Shown piece after piece: positions 46,956 through 55,543 of a stretch of DNA of 64,000 bases. A program made the position numbers and the translations under genes. The notes beneath the pieces are model-generated. The model saw nothing but the letters and a program-made list of their open reading frames with translations. It was not told the origin of the DNA and searched no databases. This stretch comes from Alphaproteobacteria bacterium (GTDB lineage Bacteria; Pseudomonadota; Alphaproteobacteria; GCA-2731375): NCBI GenBank assembly GCA_965232515.1, contig CBDDPY010000002.1, positions 2,496,001 through 2,560,000 on the forward strand, given 5' to 3'. Every line of letters begins with the position of its first letter. Positions within the stretch are counted from its first letter, which is position 1.

Positions 46956-48809
46956 GTGAGATACGACCCGCCCTTCCACCGCGGCAACGGCCTGATCCCG
47001 GTGCTGATCGCGCTCGCCGCGCTCGCGGTCTTCCCGCTCATCGTCACCGACAGCTATTCGCGGCATCTCCTGATCCTGGCCTTCGTCTTCGCCGTCGTCG
47101 CGTCCAACTGGGATCTCAGCCTCGGCTTCGGTGGCCTGTTCAACTTCGCGCATGTGGCGCTGTTCGCCATCGGCGTCTACACCTACGGCATTGCCGCCAA
47201 GACGCTCGGCGTCTCGCCCTGGCTGGCGATCCCGCTGGGTGGGCTCGTCGCCCTGGCCGTCGCGGCCACCATCGCGTTGCCCGTGCTCCGGCTCGACGGG
47301 ATCTATGTGATCCTGGTGACGCTCGCCTTCTCGCAGCTGATCTATCAGGTCGTGATCAGCCAGTCCGACATCACCGGCGGCACCTCCGGCATGGTCACCC
47401 TGCCGGCGCTCAAGCTCGGCGACTACCGCTTCGTGCGCGACGGCAAGATCGGCTACTACTATATCGGCCTGGCGCTGCTCGTCGCCTCGACGGCGTTCCT
47501 GTATACCTTCACGCGCTCGCGCTTCGGCCGCGCTATCGTCGCGCTGCGCGACAACAAGTACTACGCGATGTCGCGCGGCATCTCCGAGGCCCGCACGCGG
47601 TTGCTGACCCTGATGGCGAGTGCGCTGTTCACCGGCATCGCCGGCGGCTTCTACGGGTCCTACGTACGCGTCGCCTCGCCCGACGCCTTCGGCCTCGGGT
47701 TTCTCACCCTGCTGCTCAGCATCCTGCTGCTGGGCGGCGCCGGCACGATCTGGGGCCCGGTCATCGCCGCCTTCGTCATCACGCTGCTGTCGGAGGCCAT
47801 CGCCGACCTCGGCGCCTGGCGCAACATCGTCATCGCCGCGCTGATCGTCGTGATCATGGTGTTCTATCCCGGCGGCATCTGGGCCGCCCTGCAGGAGCTG
47901 CGCGAATTCGCCGACGTCAAGCGCACGACGTTCCGCGCCTGGCGTCGCCGGCGGCGCGAAAAGCGCGCGCGCGAGGCCCGCCTCGGCGCCCGCGAGCGCA
48001 TGCTCAAAACGGCGCATGGCGACATCGCCATGGCCGACAGCGGCGGCGACGGACCGCCCATCCTGCTGATCCACGGCAACTCTTCCTGCAAGGAGGTCTT
48101 CGCGCATCAGTTCGCCGCCTTCCGCGACGACCACCGGCTGATCGCCTTCGACCTGCCGGGCCACGGCGTCTCCACGAACGGCGACCCCGAGACCGACTAC
48201 ACCGTCAGCGCCTATGCCGAGATCGCCGAGGCCGTGCTCGACGCGGCGCAAGCGGAAAACCCTGTTGTGCTCGGCTGGTCCCTCGGCGGCTATGTCGCGC
48301 TCGAGCTCGCCGCCCGCGGCCGACGCCCGATCCGCGGCCTCGCCATCACCGGCACGTCACCGCTGAACATCGTGCCCGACGATTTCGGCGCCGGCTACGA
48401 TGCCCACTCGCATGTCGTGCTGGCCGGCAAGCAGTTCTTCTCGGCGCACGAACGCCGCACCTTCGCCGCCGCCACCGCCGGGCCGTACAACGCCGACAGC
48501 GCCTTCCTGCACGACACCGTCGGCCGCACCGACGGCCGCGCCCGCTACTACATGATCGGCAAGCTGCCGGTCATCGACTGGCCGCGCCAGATGCGCATGC
48601 TGCGCGACGGCACCCTGCCGTTCGCCATCCTGAACGGCGCCCGGGACCCGTTCCTGAACCACGCCTATATCGCCGGCCTGACCTATGGCGATATCTGGAC
48701 CGGCCGGCCGCACGACATTCCCGACACCGGCCACGCGCCGTTCTACACCAAGCCGCAGGAATTCAACGCCGCCTTCCGCCGCTTCATGCAAGAGGCCTGC
48801 GGCCTCTAG
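46956..48809 (+). CDS. LivM-like permease fused to an AidH-like alpha/beta hydrolase
   Basis: First ~320 aa form the permease (SRFGRAIVALRDN, GGAGTIWGP, PGGI). From nt 48000 the hydrolase follows (IHGNSS, DLPGHG, GWSLGG, RTDGRAR, GHAPF). No stop codon in between. Confidence 0.9.
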   Translation: MRYDPPFHRGNGLIPVLIALAALAVFPLIVTDSYSRHLLILAFVFAVVASNWDLSLGFGGLFNFAHVALFAIGVYTYGIAAKTLGVSPWLAIPLGGLVALAVAATIALPVLRLDGIYVILVTLAFSQLIYQVVISQSDITGGTSGMVTLPALKLGDYRFVRDGKIGYYYIGLALLVASTAFLYTFTRSRFGRAIVALRDNKYYAMSRGISEARTRLLTLMASALFTGIAGGFYGSYVRVASPDAFGLGFLTLLLSILLLGGAGTIWGPVIAAFVITLLSEAIADLGAWRNIVIAALIVVIMVFYPGGIWAALQELREFADVKRTTFRAWRRRRREKRAREARLGARERMLKTAHGDIAMADSGGDGPPILLIHGNSSCKEVFAHQFAAFRDDHRLIAFDLPGHGVSTNGDPETDYTVSAYAEIAEAVLDAAQAENPVVLGWSLGGYVALELAARGRRPIRGLAITGTSPLNIVPDDFGAGYDAHSHVVLAGKQFFSAHERRTFAAATAGPYNADSAFLHDTVGRTDGRARYYMIGKLPVIDWPRQMRMLRDGTLPFAILNGARDPFLNHAYIAGLTYGDIWTGRPHDIPDTGHAPFYTKPQEFNAAFRRFMQEACGL

Positions 48810-48841
48810 CGTCGCCGCGCCGGCTCCGCCACACTTGGGCC

Positions 48842-49375
48842 ATGACCACGATCGACACCGACCACCTGCTGCTGCGCCCGTTCGAACCGGAAGACGTCGA
48901 CGCCTACGCCGCGATCCGCGCCAAGCCCGAGGTCGTTCGCTACCTGCCCGGCGGACCCGAGAGCGCCGCCAACGCCCGGGCCAAAGCCGAACAGCTCATC
49001 CCCACCTTCGTCACCGCCTGGCGCGACCCGGGCTACGGCCCCTGGGCCGTGATCGAGCGTGCAACCGATCGACTGATCGGCCATGCCGGCCTGCGCCTGG
49101 TGCCCGAGCTCGGCGGCGAGACCGAGATCCTCTACATGCTCGACAGCGCCTGCTGGGGCCGCGGCTACGCCACAGAGGCGGCCGAGGCCGCCTGCCGCTA
49201 CGGCTTCGAGACCCTCGGTCTCGACCGCCTGATCGCGCTTGCCCTGCCCGAGAACGCCGGCTCGATCCGCGTCATGCAAAAGCTCGGCATGACCGCCGAC
49301 GGCCCGTTCGAGGCCTTCGGCATTTCCGGCATTCGTTATGTCCTTCGCCGGGATCAATGGGAGCAGCGGGCTTAG
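48842..49375 (+). CDS. GNAT (RimJ/RimL-like) acetyltransferase
   Basis: WGRGYATEAA and NAGSIRVMQKLGM motifs. Confidence 0.9.
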   Translation: MTTIDTDHLLLRPFEPEDVDAYAAIRAKPEVVRYLPGGPESAANARAKAEQLIPTFVTAWRDPGYGPWAVIERATDRLIGHAGLRLVPELGGETEILYMLDSACWGRGYATEAAEAACRYGFETLGLDRLIALALPENAGSIRVMQKLGMTADGPFEAFGISGIRYVLRRDQWEQRA

Positions 49376-49643
49376 CCCGCCTTTCTCACCACCCTCATGG
49401 TCTGCGTCGGGCACAGGCGTCTGCTCCGCCAGGAGCGGGCCGAAAAGCGTAGCGGGGACTACGGTTGAGGGCCGCGACGCCGCGGGCGGGCGCCTGCGCG
49501 CGACCCTTCGGGCGGCGCCGTGCTGCCGACAGGGGGCGTCGCGCTGCTTGCCCGATGCCCCACATCGCGCCGCGCAGCGCTCCTGCCCTGTCGGCAGCAC
49601 GACGCCGCGCAGACCATGAGGGTGGTGAGAAAGGCGGGCATAG
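49373..49643. mobile_element. MITE-like non-autonomous element, copy 1
   Basis: Terminal inverted repeats of ~32 bp (GCCCGCCTTTCTCACCACCCTCATGGTCTGCG); near-identical inverted copy at 55272-55543. Confidence 0.85.
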
Positions 49644-49728
49644 CCCAACGGCCTGTTCGCGCCCCGCCAAAAACGCTTCCTTAAGCCGGACGGCCTAGGC
49701 TCGCACTGGGGGCAAAGCGAGGCCAGCC

Positions 49729-51009
49729 GTGCAAAAACTCCTCGTGGTCGAGGACTCGACCGTCTTCCGCGCCATCGTCGAACAACAGATCGGCCAGGAG
49801 CTCGGCATCGAGCTGGTGCTGGCCGAGACCATGGTCCAGGGCCTCGCCGCCGTCGAGGGCCGGGCCGACGAATTCTTCCTCGCGCTTCTGGACCTGACCC
49901 TGCCCGACGCGCCGAATGGCGAGATCGTCGACGCCATGCTTGGCCGTGGCATTCCGGTTGTCGTCTTCACCTCGCGTTACGACGAAGCCTTGCGCGAGAC
50001 ATTGCTGGCCAAGAACGTCATCGACTATGTGCCGAAGGACAGTCCGGCCAGTCTGAAATACCTCGTTTCCATGGTCCGCCGCATCCAGCGCAACCGCGAG
50101 ACCACGGCGCTGGTCGTCGACGACTCGGCCACGGCGCGACAGCTCGCCCGGCACCTGCTCGAGCTCTATCAGTTCGACGTGCGCGAGGCCGACAGCGGCC
50201 AGGCGGCGCTCGACGCGCTCGAGGCCGAGCCCGGCATCCGCCTCGTCATCACCGACTACAACATGCCGGGGATGGACGGCTTCGAGCTGATCCAGCACCT
50301 GCGCAGGCGCTTCGACCGGGACGAGCTGGCGATCATCGGCGTCTCGGCGGGCGGCGACGCGCCGTTGTCGGCCAAGTTCATCAAGTACGGCGCCAACGAC
50401 TTCCTCAACAAACCGTACCTGCGCGAGGAGTTCTTTTGTCGCATCTCGCAGAACATGGAGATGCTGGACAACATCCGCGCGTTGCGCGAGGCCGCCGGTA
50501 AGGACTTCCTGACCGGCCTGCCCAACCGCCGGTCGTTCTTCGAGATCGCCGGCGCGCTGCACGCCGCGGCCCGCCGCGACGGCGCCCGCGCCTTCGCCGC
50601 GATGATCGATGTCGATCATTTCAAGCGGGTCAACGACACCCACGGCCACGACGCCGGCGACGCCGTGCTGCGCGAAATCGGCCGTCTCCTGCCGTCTCTG
50701 TTGGTGCGCGAGTCCGACGTCGTCGCCCGGCTCGGCGGCGAGGAGTTCGCGGTCTTCGCCTACGACGTGACGCCGGAGACCGCGGCCTCGTTTTTCGAAT
50801 CGGTCCGGCAGGCGGTCGCCGACGCCGTCATCGCCACGCCGGCGGGCGCCCTCAACGTCACCGTCAGCATCGGCGTCAGCTGCCGGATCGGCGACAGCCT
50901 GCAGCACATGCTGAACGCCGCCGACGCCTGCCTCTACGACGCCAAGGCCGCCGGCCGCGACCGCGTCGTCTCCGACGCCGAACCCGCCGACCTCATGGCG
51001 GTGATCTGA
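49729..51009 (+). CDS. REC-REC-GGDEF diguanylate cyclase
   Basis: Two receiver domains (LLDLTLPD, ITDYNMP), DFLTGLPNRR, RESD I-site and GGEEF. Confidence 0.93.
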   Translation: MQKLLVVEDSTVFRAIVEQQIGQELGIELVLAETMVQGLAAVEGRADEFFLALLDLTLPDAPNGEIVDAMLGRGIPVVVFTSRYDEALRETLLAKNVIDYVPKDSPASLKYLVSMVRRIQRNRETTALVVDDSATARQLARHLLELYQFDVREADSGQAALDALEAEPGIRLVITDYNMPGMDGFELIQHLRRRFDRDELAIIGVSAGGDAPLSAKFIKYGANDFLNKPYLREEFFCRISQNMEMLDNIRALREAAGKDFLTGLPNRRSFFEIAGALHAAARRDGARAFAAMIDVDHFKRVNDTHGHDAGDAVLREIGRLLPSLLVRESDVVARLGGEEFAVFAYDVTPETAASFFESVRQAVADAVIATPAGALNVTVSIGVSCRIGDSLQHMLNAADACLYDAKAAGRDRVVSDAEPADLMAVI

Positions 51010-51041
51010 CCCGCGGCCGACGTCAGAACATCGCCCGGCGC

Positions 51042-51147
51042 CATGCTTCGAGACGCGCCCTGTCGGGCGCTCCTCAGCATGAGGTAAAGCACTGATATCA
51101 AATACAAACCTCATCCTGAGGAGGGCCGGAGGTCCGTCTCGAAGGAT
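51042..51147. repeat. REP-like repeat family B, copy 3
   Basis: CATGCTTCGAGACG...CTCCTCAGCATGAG and CTCATCCTGAGGAG...CGTCTCGAAGGAT. Confidence 0.85.
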
Positions 51148-51162
51148 TGCTATCGATTGCCG

Positions 51163-52287
51163 TCAGTTCGGATTAGTCGGCCCACCCAAAAACCAATCCA
51201 AAATCCGTGCGTTCTCCTCGCGCGGATAGGTGTGCGACAGGTCGGCGATCTCGCGGTAGGTGACGTCGGCGCCGGCGGTGCTCAAGGCGCTCCGCGCGCT
51301 CCGCGCGATCTCGATGTTGAACATCCAGTCCAGCGCGCCGTGGGTCAGATAGATCGGCAGCCCGGCGATGCGGGGTGCGTCCATCATCTCCATCAGCATC
51401 GGGTGGAAACTGGCCGCGATCGGCGCCAGATGCGTGAACGGCGAATTGGCCCGCAGCCCGCTCACGTAAGCGAACGTGCCGCCATCGCTCATGCCGGTCA
51501 GCAGCAGCCTCTTGGCGTCGACGTTCCAGCGCTCGCCCACATAATCCAGCATGCCGGCGATGTTCTCGCTGTCGACATCCGGCCCCATCAGCGACCAGGT
51601 GCCGCCGCGCGCCGTCGGGCTCAGCACGATCGCGCCGCGGCCGCGCGCCTCGCGCAGCCAGGTCCACAAGAACCCCCGTCCGTGTCCGCTGCCGCCATGC
51701 AGGGCCACGATCAGCGGCCAGGCCGTGTCGGCGTCGTAGTACTCCGGCACATAGAGTGAAAAGCCGCCGCGACTGTCATAGGCGTTGTCGGCATGCATCG
51801 GCCCGACATCAGTCGCCGTCGCCTGACCCTCCCGCAGACGCGCCAGCAACGCTTCGTCGTCGCGCACGCTGTCCTCGAGAAAGAACTGGCTTACCGGCCT
51901 GAGCGCCCGGCTCAGCGGATAGAGCGCCTCCTGCGCCCGTGGCGCGCGGCGCAATGCCCGGTAGGCGGCGATCACCGCGTCGTCGCCGTCCGTGGCCTCT
52001 CGCAGCTCGTCGAAGGCGCGGCAGGTCTGGTCGCTCGCCGCCTCGACCCGCTCGACCGCGCCGCCAAGCGCTGCCGGCCAATCCATGGCCCGGAATGCCG
52101 CCAACCCGTCGCGCAGATCCGCGTCGACATCGCCGACCTCCGCCACCAGCGCGGCCAGGCGCGGCGGATGCAGCTGCCGCGCGACAAAGGCCAGCGCTTC
52201 GAGCGAGGCCAGCAATGGCCGCAGCACGCCGGTCAGCGCCGTGACCTGCGCCTCGCTGTCCCCAACAGGGGTGTCGTCTTGGGTCAT
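51163..52287 (-). CDS. Phospholipase/carboxylesterase-type alpha/beta hydrolase with helical N-terminal domain
   Basis: ALHGGSG, GMSDGG, HGALDW and LSHTY motifs. Confidence 0.82.
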   Translation of the reverse strand: MTQDDTPVGDSEAQVTALTGVLRPLLASLEALAFVARQLHPPRLAALVAEVGDVDADLRDGLAAFRAMDWPAALGGAVERVEAASDQTCRAFDELREATDGDDAVIAAYRALRRAPRAQEALYPLSRALRPVSQFFLEDSVRDDEALLARLREGQATATDVGPMHADNAYDSRGGFSLYVPEYYDADTAWPLIVALHGGSGHGRGFLWTWLREARGRGAIVLSPTARGGTWSLMGPDVDSENIAGMLDYVGERWNVDAKRLLLTGMSDGGTFAYVSGLRANSPFTHLAPIAASFHPMLMEMMDAPRIAGLPIYLTHGALDWMFNIEIARSARSALSTAGADVTYREIADLSHTYPREENARILDWFLGGPTNPN

Positions 52288-52586
52288 GCGTCCCCGCCTC
52301 ACGCCTCCACCGTCGAGTATGTCGCCGCCGCCATGCTGCTGTCACGTCGTTATGGGACCGGCCGTCGCGGCCGACCTCATTTTCATGGCGGCTGACGCGC
52401 TCTCATACATGGCCCGGGCGCGGCCGCCTCGCCTGTGAGCCAGCCCACAAAGATCCAGCAAAAACAAGAGCATATTTCCCACGCAGCGAGATTCGCACCA
52501 GGGCAAAGCCGGTGCGACCCGCCGTGAAAGACCGAAAAGTTGGGGACCCAACGACGCGCCGTTCGCGGCGCCCGGAGGAAGCGATC

Positions 52587-53339
52587 ATGTTCAATCTGGA
52601 TCCCCTGACCCTGCTCGACCGATTGGAGCAGGCCGACGACATCGACAATGCCAGCGCCGTGTTCAGCGACACGCTCGGCGAGAGCGGCCTTTGCGACGGA
52701 TTCTACATGCCGCGCGTGCCGGTCGAATGCCCCCGCGCCCTGGCCGAGCCCGACCTCGATATGCTGACCTTCGGCGCGAGGGTCGGCGGCTCCTATTTCC
52801 CCAGCCTCACGGAGCGCATCCGCGCTCTGCCGTTCGACCCGATCACGGCATACCTGAAGAAAAACGCGCGACCCTGGCTCAAGAACGCCGAGACCGATTG
52901 CGACAAGTCGGCGCTGCTCTACCTGGCCGACATCACCCTCGACCACGGCATCTCGGCCGGCGCGCTGTTTCCTATCCACGGGCCCGGCGGCAGCTACGCG
53001 ATCTATGGCATTTACACGGCGCGAGAGGCCCCGGAGGCCTACCGGACCTTGCGCGACCATATGGCCGCGCTCAACCTCGCCGTGCTCTATTTCCACGGCG
53101 CCTGTCACGCCAGGTTCGCGGCGCCGGCGCCTTGCCGTACGGTCGAGCTCGCGCCGCGCGAACGGGAATGCCTGCATTGGGTCGCGGCCGGTGAGAGCAG
53201 CAAACAGATCGCCTATCGACTCGATCTCTCGACCCACACGGTGAACGAGGTGATCGGCAACGCCATGCGGCGGCTGAAGGCCGCGTCGCGGGCCGAAGCC
53301 GTTGCCAAAGCGATCCTGGCCGGCCTGATCGCCCCTTGA
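52587..53339 (+). CDS. LuxR-family regulator with divergent autoinducer-binding domain
   Basis: DPI, GALFPIHGPGG and LAPRERECLHWVAAGES motifs; GGAGG RBS. Confidence 0.85.
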   Translation: MFNLDPLTLLDRLEQADDIDNASAVFSDTLGESGLCDGFYMPRVPVECPRALAEPDLDMLTFGARVGGSYFPSLTERIRALPFDPITAYLKKNARPWLKNAETDCDKSALLYLADITLDHGISAGALFPIHGPGGSYAIYGIYTAREAPEAYRTLRDHMAALNLAVLYFHGACHARFAAPAPCRTVELAPRERECLHWVAAGESSKQIAYRLDLSTHTVNEVIGNAMRRLKAASRAEAVAKAILAGLIAP

Positions 53340-53441
53340 CCGGGCCCAATTGGACAGGATGCCACCCCTATTTTTGGGGGATCGACCGGAACGTCGGCGC
53401 CCGCCATCTCTTGCCCCAGCTATCTGGGAAAGGATTTGGCT

Positions 53442-54212
53442 ATGTACGAACGATTATCGACGCGTCCGGCCGTGGCATGGAGCCTGGCGATCGTCCTGAC
53501 CACGTTTGGCGGTCTGCCGGCCGTCGCCGTGCCGATCGCCAACATCATGCACGACGCCGCCGGCCGGTCGCAGGCGGCACTGAACTCGGGCGAAACGGAT
53601 TCCGATTCGGACATCACCACGTCGCCCGACGATCTGATCATCTCGGGCGGCAGCCTCGCGCTGACCCAGCCCGGTGTGCAGGGCGCGCTTGCCAGCGGCA
53701 GTGCGCTGTCGCGCATCTCGCTGTTCGATGACACGGCCTCGATCGCCGTGGGTGTCGGCGCCAGCTACAGCCCCAGCTTCTTCGGCGGCGACAATCCGGG
53801 TGGCGACATCGCCGCCGAACTGGAGTCTGTCATCGAGTTCACGGTCGCCGCGCAGGAGGTGTTTTTCGACCTGTTCGCGGTCGAACGCATCAACGGCACG
53901 AATTCGGGCAACTTCACGTCCGTGCTGGAGAATGTCACCGACGGTACCACCCTGTTCTCTCTCGCAACCCCGGTCGGCCGCATCTTCAGTCTCGAGTTCA
54001 CGCTGACCGATGCCGTCGGCGACCTGCTGCGCCTGACCACCATGGGCGAGGCGCTGGCGTCGAGCGAACCAGGCGGATCGTCGGCCACCTTCGACACCGA
54101 CCTGTTCCTGACCATCAGGGCGGTTCCCGAGCCGGGCACGCTCGCCCTGTTCGGTCTGGGTCTGGCCGGTCTCGGCCTTGTCACCCGGCGGCGCGCGCGC
54201 CAGACCGCGTGA
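53442..54212 (+). CDS. PEP-CTERM sorting-domain surface protein
   Basis: Signal peptide, Ser/Thr/Gly/Asp-rich body, C-terminal VPEPGTLALFGLGLAGLGLVTRRRAR. Confidence 0.92.
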   Translation: MYERLSTRPAVAWSLAIVLTTFGGLPAVAVPIANIMHDAAGRSQAALNSGETDSDSDITTSPDDLIISGGSLALTQPGVQGALASGSALSRISLFDDTASIAVGVGASYSPSFFGGDNPGGDIAAELESVIEFTVAAQEVFFDLFAVERINGTNSGNFTSVLENVTDGTTLFSLATPVGRIFSLEFTLTDAVGDLLRLTTMGEALASSEPGGSSATFDTDLFLTIRAVPEPGTLALFGLGLAGLGLVTRRRARQTA

Positions 54213-54405
54213 CCGGCGGTTTGCGCGCGCTGTCCAGACACCCCCGGCTGACAGCCGCCACGCGCGCAAACGCCACCGCCCCGACGGCGCTAAACAAAAA
54301 AGCTCGGCCCCTATGCGAACGCTTTCATTGCCCCGTCACGCCGGCGCGGTATGGTCTCAACGACCGCCAATGCAACGACGTGGACATCAGAGAGGGGTTC
54401 TGTCG

Positions 54406-54585
54406 ATGAGTATCCACAATCGGTCGCGCTACAGGCCGTCGAGCATGCGCGAAATCATGGCCCTTGGTGGTTTAGGGCTGCTCTGGCTGGCGGTCGCCAT
54501 GTTCTGCATCGCCGCGCTGTCGTCAACGGCGCGAGCCACGCCCATCACCTTAAATGCGGACACGCCAGCCGACGGCCGGGCCTAG
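54406..54585 (+). CDS. Short ORF resembling only the signal/N-terminus of a PEP-CTERM-type protein (possible remnant)
   Basis: AGAGGGG RBS; hydrophobic stretch, then ARA-TPITL, then a stop shortly after. Confidence 0.4.
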   Translation: MSIHNRSRYRPSSMREIMALGGLGLLWLAVAMFCIAALSSTARATPITLNADTPADGRA

Positions 54586-54631
54586 CTGGACGATGGCCTG
54601 ACCAACCAGGCCAGCACCGCGCCGGCGAGCA
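54582..54631 (-). pseudogene. Orphan duplicate of the 3' end of the 55491-56087 gene
   Basis: Minus strand reads LLAGAVLAWLVRPSSS*; 33/34 nt identical to 55552-55585. Confidence 0.85.
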
Positions 54632-54715
54632 AACAGACCTCTGATCTCCGTTGACCGGGCGCCTCATTTGTCGTCAGATGTATACATTTGATGAAAGATA
54701 AGGCTAATAAATCCG

Positions 54716-54991
54716 ATGGCGGAACGTTCGGTCATATCGGTCCACACGACGCCTGATACCCGGGAACGGCTGGAAAAGCTCGCCGAGGCAACCAGACGCA
54801 GCAAGTCGTTCCTCGCCAACGAGGCGATCGAGCAATATCTGGACCTGCATGAATGGCAGATCGCTGAAATCAATGCGGGCCTTGCCGAGTTGGAGCGCGG
54901 CGAAGGCGTGCCGCATGACGAGGTGATGGCCTGGATTGAGTCCTGGGATAGCGAGGACAGAAAGCCAAGGCCGACCGCCAAGAAGGCATGA
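54716..54991 (+). CDS. CopG/ribbon-helix-helix antitoxin
   Basis: RLEKLAEATRRSKSFLANEAIEQYL...GLAELERGEGVPHDEV. Confidence 0.88.
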   Translation: MAERSVISVHTTPDTRERLEKLAEATRRSKSFLANEAIEQYLDLHEWQIAEINAGLAELERGEGVPHDEVMAWIESWDSEDRKPRPTAKKA

Positions 54992-55275
54992 GGCTGGTCT
55001 GGTCGCCACGGTCTTTGCGCCATCTCGAAGCGCTTCACGCCTATATCGCCGACCGAAATCCCAATGCGGCAACACGTGTGGTCCGACGCATCGTTCAGCG
55101 CGTGGAACGTCAGCTCTCATTGGCACCCAACAGTGGTCGGCCCGGCCGTGTCGAAGGGACACGTGAGCTTGTCGTACCGCGCACCCCCTTTATCGTCGCC
55201 TACAGCGTGGAGGCGGACCGCGTCGAAATCGTCGCCGTCATTCACGGCGCGATGCGGTGGCCTGAGCAACTCTAG
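54988..55275 (+). CDS. RelE/ParE family type II toxin
   Basis: LVWS...YIADRNPNAA, GRPGRVEGTRELV, PFIVAY and VIHG motifs; ATGA overlap. Confidence 0.9.
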   Translation: MRLVWSPRSLRHLEALHAYIADRNPNAATRVVRRIVQRVERQLSLAPNSGRPGRVEGTRELVVPRTPFIVAYSVEADRVEIVAVIHGAMRWPEQL

Positions 55276-55543
55276 CCCGCATTTCTCACCGCCACCATGG
55301 TCTGCGCGGTGCTGTGCCACCGACAGGGCAGGAGCGCTGCGCGGCGCGATGTGGGGGCATCGGGCAAGCAGCGCGACGCCCCCTGTCGGTGGCACAGCAC
55401 CGCCCGAAGGGTCGCGCGCAGGCGTCCGCCCGCGGCGTCGCGGCCCTCAACCGTAGGCCCCGCTACGCTTTTCGGCCCGCTCCTGGCGGATCAGACGCCT
55501 GTGCGCGACGCAGACCGTGGTGGGGGTGAGAAATGCGGGCTAG
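55272..55543. mobile_element. MITE-like element, copy 2 (inverted relative to copy 1)
   Basis: CTAGCCCGCATTTCTCACC...GGTGAGAAATGCGGGCTAG with CTAG at both ends. Confidence 0.88.

Noticed and set aside
48842-49375. GNAT downstream of the ABC operon as a cryptic AHL synthase
   Set aside because: It has RimJ/RimL-type motifs and none of the conserved LuxI N-terminal residues (R..F...W, E.D..D).
48806-49698. ORFs within or crossing the MITE (also 55064-55605)
   Set aside because: Translations of non-coding element sequence; no transposase motifs.
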